From positions 1-13,111 of the IMG/VR virus record IMGVR_UViG_2703718818_000015: 13,111 bases of DNA; one strand, written 5' to 3'. The translations under genes were made by a program, and so were the position numbers. The notes beneath the pieces are model-generated. The model was not told where the DNA came from. It did not search any database and worked only from the letters and a program-made list of their open reading frames with translations. This stretch comes from a virus (Duplodnaviria > Heunggongvirae > Uroviricota > Caudoviricetes). The first letter of the stretch is position 1, and the number at the start of each line of letters is the position of its first letter. Shown piece by piece: positions 1-6,436 of this stretch.

Positions 1-1053
1 TTACGGGGTAATGCCAACCGTTGCCGCCACTTTGTCGCCACTTGGCAGCGTTGCCAGAGGATTGAAACGGAGCGCCGTTTCCAGATGATCCGGTGCCAGA
101 TGTGCGTAACGCATAGTCATTTTTATATCGTGGTGTCCGAGAATTTTTTGTAAGGCCAGAATGTTTCCACCCGACATCATGAAGTGCGCTGCAAACGTAT
201 GGCGCAGAACGTGTGTGAGTTGACCGCGAGGGAGCACGATAGACGTTTTTTCCATCACGGATAAAAATTGAAAATAGCAGTCTGTGAAGAAATTGAACCC
301 ATCGAGCGCCATGATCTCTTCGTAAAGCTCTTTACTGATAGGGATGCTTCTGTTTTTCTTCCCCTTCGTTCTGACAAAGGTAATTCGGTATTTGGTCACC
401 TGTGAGCGGGTAAGATTTACGGCTTCACGCCAGCGTGCGCCTGTGCTTAAGCATATCTTAACTACCAGTGCCAGAATTGGGTCCTGACGTTTGCAATCAG
501 CCAGCAATTCAACAATCTGCTCATGGGTAAGCCATGCCATCTCTTTTTCTGCGATGGTGAATTTTCGCATGTTCTCCAGTGGGTTCGGATACGACCATTC
601 GCCCAGACGGGATAGTTCGCTAAAAACACTACTTAGATAGCTTTGCTCCAGGTTAATGGTGACCGGGCTTGCTCCTTTCTTCCATTTCTCGCTGAAGTAG
701 ATCTCGCCTGTCAGGCGTTTATCTCGATAGTGGGCAAACATTTTAGAGGTGAGATCGGTTGCAAGAGGATTGCCCAGAGCGTCAACCATCAACAGCAATT
801 TGTCATAGACATGCTGCCCAGCTGTCAGAGATTTACCATGTAGTTTGAACCATAGTTCAACCACGTCTTTCAGTGTTCGACGATCCACTGATTCACCCAG
901 CCAGGGCTTTGCTTCGGCTTCTTCCATCGTGTGACGCTCAAAAGCCAGTGCTTCGCCTTTGGTGGCGAATTGTTTACGCACACGACGCCCACTTCGTCCG
1001 GCGGGGTAACATTCGCAAAGCCATTTCCCTGTGGTGAGTTTTCGTACTGCCAT
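1..1053 (-). CDS. int: Phage tyrosine integrase (P2/186 family), 350 aa
   Basis: 350-aa ORF with C-terminal tyrosine-recombinase pattern (...HVLRHTFAAHF...MRYAHL...). ATG at 1051-1053 is preceded on the minus strand by GGAGGG. Sits at the prophage end next to the repressor operon. Stop codon is at 1-3, so the CDS is complete. Confidence 0.9.
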   Translation of the reverse strand: MAVRKLTTGKWLCECYPAGRSGRRVRKQFATKGEALAFERHTMEEAEAKPWLGESVDRRTLKDVVELWFKLHGKSLTAGQHVYDKLLLMVDALGNPLATDLTSKMFAHYRDKRLTGEIYFSEKWKKGASPVTINLEQSYLSSVFSELSRLGEWSYPNPLENMRKFTIAEKEMAWLTHEQIVELLADCKRQDPILALVVKICLSTGARWREAVNLTRSQVTKYRITFVRTKGKKNRSIPISKELYEEIMALDGFNFFTDCYFQFLSVMEKTSIVLPRGQLTHVLRHTFAAHFMMSGGNILALQKILGHHDIKMTMRYAHLAPDHLETALRFNPLATLPSGDKVAATVGITP

Positions 1054-1058
1054 AAAAA

Positions 1059-1079
1059 ATGCCCTCCAGTGGAGAGCAT
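1059..1079 (-). promoter_or_regulatory. 21-bp imperfect palindrome/hairpin flanked by A6 and T5, overlapping the int Shine-Dalgarno; candidate terminator/attenuator or operator
   Basis: ATGCCCTCCAGTGGAGAGCAT pairs at 9 of 10 arm positions. Read on the minus strand the stem is followed by TTTTTT and then the int ATG. The GGAGGG SD lies inside the 3' arm. Confidence 0.4.
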
Positions 1080-1106
1080 TTTTACTGTATGTATAACCAG
1101 TGTCAA
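1078..1106 (-). promoter_or_regulatory. Putative sigma70 promoter for int (-35 TTGACA, 16-17 bp spacer, A/T-rich -10)
   Basis: The minus-strand reading of 1101-1106 is a perfect TTGACA. A TAAAAA/AAAAAT -10-like hexamer lies 16-17 bp downstream (plus-strand 1078-1084). Hexamer match only, no experimental support. Confidence 0.3.
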
Positions 1107-1131
1107 TGTATGATGCTTAAGGTTACATACA

Positions 1132-1503
1132 TCATAAGTACCGATATGATTGCGGGGCCGTTATGTTATCACCTAATGAACTTAGATGAAGTGGTTGGTC
1201 ATAGATTTTTAGATTACCAATTTCTATAGCAAAGGCCTTTTCTTTGCTATGAAAATATGAGTCAAAAAATTGTTTACTGATACCCGCGTATTGGCTTGTT
1301 TTTTCCCATACAATACTTGGCTTGTCTTCTATAACATCTGCAATGTCAAATTCAGCAACAACTTTACCGACAGGCATTGTTGAATAAATAACCACAGATT
1401 TTACATCCGGTTTTTTGAAAATTCCTTTTCGGAATTCAAATTTCTTTGTTCCATTAAGGATTTTTTCTACATGCTCTGGGTTAATTGACAATAATACTTT
1501 CAT
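1132..1503 (-). CDS. ASCH-domain (PUA-like fold) protein, ~123 aa; cargo gene 3
   Basis: ORF 1132-1515; likely ATG start at 1501-1503 (a TTG at 1513-1515 is the alternative). GxKxxExR signature of ASCH domains present (G-T-K-K-F-E-F-R, nt 1429-1452). Size and N-terminal KVLLSI...EKIL pattern are typical of stand-alone ASCH proteins. Start overlaps the 3' end of the upstream gene by 23 nt. Confidence 0.7.
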   Translation of the reverse strand: MKVLLSINPEHVEKILNGTKKFEFRKGIFKKPDVKSVVIYSTMPVGKVVAEFDIADVIEDKPSIVWEKTSQYAGISKQFFDSYFHSKEKAFAIEIGNLKIYDQPLHLSSLGDNITAPQSYRYL

Positions 1504-2551
1504 TGACGCCACCAAGTTTAATAATGCTATTAAACTGTTCGTTTGTTAACTTCATGATCCCCCAGTAAGCTCGCGGGGATAATCCTACTTCAGAAATAAG
1601 TTTAGCACGATTTAGTCTTTTGGGCAAAGCAAGGTTATATGTAAAGCTTATAATATATGGGTATTTTTTTGTTCTATAAAAACTTTTAAGCTCAGATTCT
1701 GTAAAAACAGAATATCTAGAACAGTAATTTAGAAATTCTTTCTCTGTAACGAAAGAGTTTATATTTCTAACTTTTTCTACTACACATAAAGAAGTAGCAA
1801 CAGAACGGTAATATGCAGGCCCTTGATTATCGGATGTTCGGTATATAACGATTATATCGTTTGGCTTCATTAATTCAACATCTGACATGCCACAAATATA
1901 TACTTTTCTAATGCTATTTGCATATGATACATCAGCAACAACGTCTGGTGACTCTGTAATTAATTTTGAGTCAGGGAATAAACGAGTATGAAATACGGGG
2001 TATATTGAAAGCAAGAATTTATTTTCACTGCCTCTGTTATTAATAAATGGATAATCTGACAGTATATCGCCCGTAAGAGCATTACTATTCATTTCTTTTA
2101 TTAGTACTCGCTCTACACCATTTTCAGATTCTTTTACTCCAATATCTATAAAGCCATAGATTTTGAATAGTCTAATTAAGTAGTCATGTTTTTCAAAAAC
2201 AGTCACATATATATTGTTAGCATTATTATCTAGAGCGTGATCGAATATTTTTTTTAAAAATCGTTGACCACGAAGAGTTCCTTTTGGATTAAATTTAAAT
2301 GTTCCAACTTTTAGATGAATACCATCAGGAATATTTGGTTTTGTATCTTCAATGATACCTACTTCTGTTTTTAGATACAAAAAACCATCAATTTTATTTT
2401 GTTCATCATAAAGGACATATGCATAATCATTTGATTTACATTTAGAATGGAACCAATCAATAAACCCATGAGCATAATCGGATTTTAAAGAGTCAAAAAA
2501 AACATCAGAAAAATCTACTTGATTAAAAGGTATGTATTTTAAGTTTTCCAT
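1481..2551 (-). CDS. Two-domain protein, 356 aa: N-terminal GNAT-like (acyl-CoA N-acyltransferase fold) region, C-terminal PUA/ASCH-like region; cargo gene 2
   Basis: ATG at 2549-2551 with AGGA ~10 nt upstream, 2 nt after the stop of the upstream gene. N-terminal ~145 aa shows GNAT-like pattern (...YVLYDEQNKIDGFLYLK... / ...NNIYVTVFEKHDYLIRLFKIYGF...). C-terminal ~170 aa has beta-rich PUA-like character (...KVYICGMSDVELMKPNDIIVIY...). Domain calls are by eye only. Confidence 0.65.
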   Translation of the reverse strand: MENLKYIPFNQVDFSDVFFDSLKSDYAHGFIDWFHSKCKSNDYAYVLYDEQNKIDGFLYLKTEVGIIEDTKPNIPDGIHLKVGTFKFNPKGTLRGQRFLKKIFDHALDNNANNIYVTVFEKHDYLIRLFKIYGFIDIGVKESENGVERVLIKEMNSNALTGDILSDYPFINNRGSENKFLLSIYPVFHTRLFPDSKLITESPDVVADVSYANSIRKVYICGMSDVELMKPNDIIVIYRTSDNQGPAYYRSVATSLCVVEKVRNINSFVTEKEFLNYCSRYSVFTESELKSFYRTKKYPYIISFTYNLALPKRLNRAKLISEVGLSPRAYWGIMKLTNEQFNSIIKLGGVNESIIVN

Positions 2552-2553
2552 GT

Positions 2554-3336
2554 TTACAATCCTATTTTAAAATCACATGATAAGCAAATTGATTTAGTTT
2601 TAGATATGACGGCGAGTGTTTTCCCCGGAGTTTGACAATTAGTACAAACATTCCAATTTTTCGGTTTTCCATCAATCTTATATATGTTGGCTAAAATATC
2701 ATCTAAAGGAAAAAATGTTTTCATCATGTCTATAATGCTTGCTGCATAGTTTTTCTTTGCCTCGGCTAATTTTTGTTCAGGCATGTTTTTATCATTTATC
2801 AAGCAATGAACCAGGTTATTAAGAGGCTCTTGATATATCTCCTCTCGAAAAATTAGAAATGCACTTAAAAAGTCTTTACGTATTTCTTTATTATTACTTT
2901 TACCTAAGTGAATTACTTTATTTCTTTCTTTGCGCAAAATATCATAAATTTCATTAAAGCGCGGTGAAAGATTTCGCCCACTGATACTTTGTGCTATTCT
3001 ATGTAGTTCGGTTGCGTCTAATGTTGAACATTCGAAAAAAGATTTGTTTTTATAGCAGTCTTTTACTTCTTTTAAAAGTAAATAAACACTATGCTCAGCA
3101 ATTATAGACTTTAGATATATTTCAGCAGAATTAAAGAGTATTACCAAGCCAGATTGAAAGAAACTCTCTTTTTCGGATATTAAGCGTTTCAGTCGTTGTT
3201 CTTCTGTTTCAGGTTGAGCTGGGGCTTGCAATAACTCAATGTCAGAATAAAAGTGTAAGTAGAATGTTTTAATGAAAAACTCAAGGTTCCTTTTGGCATA
3301 AAGAAGCATCTCTTCATTGTTAGGAAGGTCTGTCAT
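2554..3336 (-). CDS. HEPN-like protein with C-terminal C4 zinc ribbon, 260 aa; cargo gene 1 (putative RNase-type effector)
   Basis: ATG at 3334-3336 directly abuts the cI stop (3337-3339), with AAGGA 7 nt upstream. R-N-K-V-I-H (residues 138-143, nt 2908-2925) matches the HEPN Rx4-6H motif in a helical context. C-terminus has CxxC-x16-CxxC (C231, C234, C251, C254). Very AT-rich coding sequence. Confidence 0.65.
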   Translation of the reverse strand: MTDLPNNEEMLLYAKRNLEFFIKTFYLHFYSDIELLQAPAQPETEEQRLKRLISEKESFFQSGLVILFNSAEIYLKSIIAEHSVYLLLKEVKDCYKNKSFFECSTLDATELHRIAQSISGRNLSPRFNEIYDILRKERNKVIHLGKSNNKEIRKDFLSAFLIFREEIYQEPLNNLVHCLINDKNMPEQKLAEAKKNYAASIIDMMKTFFPLDDILANIYKIDGKPKNWNVCTNCQTPGKTLAVISKTKSICLSCDFKIGL

Positions 3337-4293
3337 TTAAATATCCTTATATATACCAAAACATTTTGCTATTACATTAATATCCGCTAATAGACATTCA
3401 AAAGTTGTACTTTCATTAGATACTTTTACTTTTGCAATTGGAATTCTGGTTAGATCTCTAACACTAAATTTTCCTTCGATTTCAACTAACCATTTTCCAT
3501 CGGTTACTTCATCAAATGCTTTGTCTGCAAGATATACATTTCCTTCATCTACTATAGATATGGGTTTTTTCACCTTGCTGGGTAACATGGTTTTATCAAA
3601 AGGGAGATAATTTGTATCAAACAACATACCATTTATAACTTTTTTCCGTGTGATAGCAATAATATCGCTCTTAGCGTCTTCAAAGACAGGACCATTACCG
3701 GTTGTTAGCCACATTAATGAAGCTCCGGTTTCAAGTGCGCACTGGATGATCCAATCAGCTGGAAAGGTATCTCTCATGTAACGATTGGCTAATGTGCTTT
3801 TTGAAACACCAATGTGATCCGCTAGAGCTTGCCTTGTCTTAAATCCATAGGCGATAACTATTCGCTCGATTGCCGCTTTTCCTCCTTGATTAACCTCAAT
3901 GAGGCTCTCGTTCTTTCGGTGAGTATTGTTCTCATTTGGGGATTTTGTGTCTAAAGTGAGAGAATGAATCTCCTTACCATCTTTATGGTGGTTCTGTTCT
4001 GTATTATGTGTGACAGCCTCTACTGTGTTATCGGTACCAAATGCCAACCATTCAACCGACACGCCAGTTTCCATGCTGCAGATTATGACCCAGTCGGCAG
4101 GGAAGGTATCACGAGCATATCTGTTCGCCATTGTGCTTTGGGATATCCCTAAGTGGTTACAGAATGCTTGACGTGAAGTGAAGCCATAAGCTTTCAAAAT
4201 TCGGTCAATGACCTGTTGTCCTCCACGATTCTGCATGATTACAGTTTTCATTGCATCATCAACATGGCGAAATGTGATTTTGTGTGTTGACAT
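3337..4293 (-). CDS. cI: Phage 186-type CI immunity repressor with duplicated N-terminal HTH domain, 318 aa
   Basis: Residues ~141-318 resemble 186 CI (HTH N-domain then oligomerisation C-domain). Residues 28-87 are an internal repeat of residues 141-200, roughly 60% identical by eye (both contain ...AYGF..RQA...G.S.ST.ANRY.RDTFPADW.I.C..ETG...WL). ATG at 4291-4293. Divergent from apl. Confidence 0.8.
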   Translation of the reverse strand: MSTHKITFRHVDDAMKTVIMQNRGGQQVIDRILKAYGFTSRQAFCNHLGISQSTMANRYARDTFPADWVIICSMETGVSVEWLAFGTDNTVEAVTHNTEQNHHKDGKEIHSLTLDTKSPNENNTHRKNESLIEVNQGGKAAIERIVIAYGFKTRQALADHIGVSKSTLANRYMRDTFPADWIIQCALETGASLMWLTTGNGPVFEDAKSDIIAITRKKVINGMLFDTNYLPFDKTMLPSKVKKPISIVDEGNVYLADKAFDEVTDGKWLVEIEGKFSVRDLTRIPIAKVKVSNESTTFECLLADINVIAKCFGIYKDI

Positions 4294-4381
4294 ATCCGTT
4301 TTGCGATCCTATTCTCCGATTTGTGAAGTTGAAGTCACGATTAAAACCTGCTTATCACAAGACAATAGGAGATGTTGCATC
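4294..4381. promoter_or_regulatory. cI/apl divergent switch region (expected location of lytic/lysogenic promoters and operators)
   Basis: 88-bp gap between divergent cI and apl start codons. Contains apl SD AGGAG (4366-4370) and a tandem GAAGTT/GAAGTC repeat (4325-4336). Promoter hexamers could not be assigned confidently. Confidence 0.4.
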
Positions 4382-4603
4382 ATGACCCCTAACATTTCAA
4401 TAACTCTGAATACGCCACACGTCACAATTGAGCGTTATAGCGAACTTACTGGTCTTTCGATCGACACAATCAACGATATGCTGGCTGATGGTCGCATCCC
4501 TCGGCATCGTCTCCGTAAAGACAAGAAAAGAGAAAAGGTAATGATCAACCTTGCTGCTCTTACCGTTGATGCACTGACTGATTGCAATGTTGTATTCAAC
4601 TAG
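4382..4603 (+). CDS. apl: Apl/Cox-like excisionase and transcriptional regulator, 73 aa
   Basis: ATG at 4382 with AGGAG 11 nt upstream. HTH-like segment ([25 protein letters not shown]). Sits between cI and cII as in phage 186. The longer ORF 4208-4603 has its 5' extension antisense inside cI and is rejected. Confidence 0.65.
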   Translation: MTPNISITLNTPHVTIERYSELTGLSIDTINDMLADGRIPRHRLRKDKKREKVMINLAALTVDALTDCNVVFN

Positions 4604-4635
4604 TTCCATTTTGAGATACATCAGGGATGTCGACT

Positions 4636-5145
4636 ATGTTTGATTACCAAGTTTCCAAACATCCACATTTTGATGAAGCCTGTCGTGCATTCGCATTGCG
4701 CCACAACCTGGTGCAACTGGCAGAACGTGCAGGCATGAATGTGCAGATTCTGCGGAACAAGCTGAACCCAGCTCAACCTCATTTATTAACCGCACCAGAA
4801 ATCTGGCTGCTTACCGATCTGACTGAAGATTCAACGCTGATAGATGGTTTTCTGGCACAGATTCACTGCCTGCCATGTGTACCGATTAATGAGGTAGCAA
4901 AAGAGAAACTGCCGCATTACGTCATGAGTGCAACCGCAGAGATCGGGCGTGTTGCTGCAGGTGCGGTATCTGGCGATGTAAAAACCAGTGCAGGTCGTCG
5001 TGATGCTATCAGCAGCATTAACTCTGTAACACGACTGATGGCGCTGGCTGCTGTTTCATTGCAGGCCCGTTTACAGGCTAACCCTGCGATGGCGAGTGCA
5101 GTTGATACCGTGACTGGCCTCGGCGCCTCATTCGGTTTGCTGTGA
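4636..5145 (+). CDS. cII: Phage 186 CII-type lysogeny establishment regulator, 169 aa
   Basis: Strong resemblance to remembered 186 CII ([21 protein letters not shown]...[17 protein letters not shown]...[27 protein letters not shown]...). ATG at 4636 with AGGGA 8 nt upstream; an in-frame ATG at 4627 is the alternative. Confidence 0.85.
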   Translation: MFDYQVSKHPHFDEACRAFALRHNLVQLAERAGMNVQILRNKLNPAQPHLLTAPEIWLLTDLTEDSTLIDGFLAQIHCLPCVPINEVAKEKLPHYVMSATAEIGRVAAGAVSGDVKTSAGRRDAISSINSVTRLMALAAVSLQARLQANPAMASAVDTVTGLGASFGLL

Positions 5146-5152
5146 GGTACTT

Positions 5153-5449
5153 ATGCTGACGAAAGAACCATCATTTGCATCGCTGCTGGTAAAGCAAAGC
5201 CCGGCAATGCACTACGGTCACGGCTGGATCATGGGTGAGGATGGAAAACGCTGGCATCCATGTCATTCACAAGATGAATTGCTGTCTCAATTGACCACGA
5301 GGAAACGGAGAAAGTCAAAATGTATGCAGCGGAAAGTGAAGTGGTTTATCAGTTTCGTTACAGAGGGGAGAGTTATTCAGTACCTGAAGATGATTTGCTC
5401 TGTTGTTATCCGTCGTTGTCGGGCGATGGCAGTTACTTTTTCACGCTAA
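5153..5449 (+). CDS. Hypothetical early protein (98-aa ORF; C-terminal third overlaps the next ORF in another frame)
   Basis: ATG at 5153 with GAGG 5 nt upstream, immediately after the cII stop. The N-terminal ~55 aa look protein-like; the C-terminal part overlaps ORF 5320-5544. Confidence 0.4.
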   Translation: MLTKEPSFASLLVKQSPAMHYGHGWIMGEDGKRWHPCHSQDELLSQLTTRKRRKSKCMQRKVKWFISFVTEGRVIQYLKMICSVVIRRCRAMAVTFSR

Positions 5450-5544
5450 AAGATGGGACGTTTTTACGGGGAGAGCAGGTTAAAGAGACGATACGAAAAA
5501 ATGTATCTCCTCTTGAACGTTACCGTAATAACAAACAACGATAG
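5320..5544 (+). CDS. Hypothetical small early protein, 74 aa
   Basis: ATG at 5320 with GGAGAAAG upstream. Protein-like composition. Overlaps the 3' part of ORF 5153-5449 in a different frame. Confidence 0.45.
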   Translation: MYAAESEVVYQFRYRGESYSVPEDDLLCCYPSLSGDGSYFFTLKDGTFLRGEQVKETIRKNVSPLERYRNNKQR

Positions 5545-5566
5545 TTGCGTTTTGGGGATATGAATT

Positions 5567-5908
5567 ATGGCAATTAATGGCGCTGCGGCGACTGTTCCAT
5601 TAAGCCCCGGTGAACGCCTGAATGGACTTAATCACATTGCGGAGCTAAGGGCGAAAGTTTTTGGCCTGAATATTGAGTCAGAGCTTGAGCGGTTTATTAA
5701 AGATATGCGTGATCCACGGGATATCAATAATGAACAAAATAAACGGGCACTGGCTGCCATATTCTTTATGGCAAAAATTCCAGCTGAACGTCATAGCATC
5801 AGCATTAATGAGCTGACCACTGACGAAAAGCGGGAGCTGATTAAAGCAATGAATCATTTTCGTGCAGTGGTGAGCTTATTTCCCAGACGGCTAACCATGC
5901 CGAATTAA
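5567..5908 (+). CDS. Hypothetical phage early protein, 113 aa
   Basis: ATG at 5567 with GGGGA 7 nt upstream. Co-directional with the early operon. No motif recognised. Confidence 0.55.
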   Translation: MAINGAAATVPLSPGERLNGLNHIAELRAKVFGLNIESELERFIKDMRDPRDINNEQNKRALAAIFFMAKIPAERHSISINELTTDEKRELIKAMNHFRAVVSLFPRRLTMPN

Positions 5909-5975
5909 CCAACTAATGAAATTAATGGCGTAAACCCGCCGGGCATCCCTTTATCTAAATTCAGGAGAATTGATT

Positions 5976-6209
5976 ATGCGTAATATTGAAACCCTCACGA
6001 CTAAAACCGGACCGGATGACGCAGGGCTTAATATTTTACTGACAGAGGCTCGTCTGGAAGAACGCCGGGCAAGGGCTGAAGCAATGGCAGCTCGCCTTGA
6101 TAGCCTGGCGTGTCATATCTCATCCCGTCAGCTAAACCACGTGGAAGCGGCAGAACTGCTGCGTGTGACTGCTGAAGCAATCCAGAACGAAGCGCAGGAG
6201 ATCCACTAA
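5976..6209 (+). CDS. Hypothetical small helical protein, 77 aa
   Basis: ATG at 5976 with AGGAG 8 nt upstream (ORF-track start 5970 is a TTG). Stop TAA overlaps the next start (TAATG). Confidence 0.55.
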   Translation: MRNIETLTTKTGPDDAGLNILLTEARLEERRARAEAMAARLDSLACHISSRQLNHVEAAELLRVTAEAIQNEAQEIH

Positions 6210-6436
6210 TGGCTGATGCAATGGATCTCGTACAGCAGCGCGTTGAAGAAGAACGCCAGCGCCATATCCGTGCTGCCCGTGCCAAAACGCCGGGCGTGTC
6301 CCGCGTGCTTTGCGTTGAGTGTGAAGCGCCAATTCCGCCAGCACGCCGCCGTGCCATTCCGGGTGTGCAGCTTTGCATTACCTGTCAGGAAATCGCAGAG
6401 CTGAAAGGTAAACATTACAACGGAGGTGCTGTATGA
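6209..6436 (+). CDS. TraR/DksA-family C4 zinc-finger protein, 75 aa
   Basis: C-x2-C-x17-C-x2-C (C35, C38, C56, C59), the spacing characteristic of DksA/TraR zinc fingers. AGGAG 8 nt upstream. Stop overlaps the dam start (ATGA). Confidence 0.75.
   Translation: MADAMDLVQQRVEEERQRHIRAARAKTPGVSRVLCVECEAPIPPARRRAIPGVQLCITCQEIAELKGKHYNGGAV

Noticed and set aside
643-1113. Small ORFs inside and antisense to int (643-843 +, 870-1106 -, 931-1113 +)
   Set aside because: They lie entirely within or across the integrase CDS or its promoter region, and have no SD or recognisable motifs.
1106-1131. AT-only inverted repeat ATGTATG / CATACAT overlapping the ASCH gene stop
   Set aside because: A 7-bp all-A/T stem with a 12-nt loop is thermodynamically weak and easily arises by chance in AT-rich sequence. 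The stronger GC-containing palindrome at 1059-1079 is the better candidate structure.
4208-4381. 5' extension of the apl ORF (ORF-track 4208-4603, 131 aa)
   Set aside because: The extension runs antisense through the cI 5' coding region and has no SD. ATG at 4382 with AGGAG upstream gives a 73-aa protein of the expected size and position.
3964-4621. ORFs antisense to cI and apl (3964-4152 +, 4397-4621 -)
   Set aside because: Embedded antisense in well-supported genes; Cys-rich, junk-like translations.
6028-6415. Cluster of minus- and plus-strand ORFs overlapping the 77-aa and TraR-like genes (6028-6378, 6132-6344, 6206-6415, 6216-6404)
   Set aside because: Arg/Ala/Cys-rich translations typical of alternative frames of GC-rich coding sequence. 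The plus-strand TraR-like frame has a clean zinc-finger motif and a good SD.
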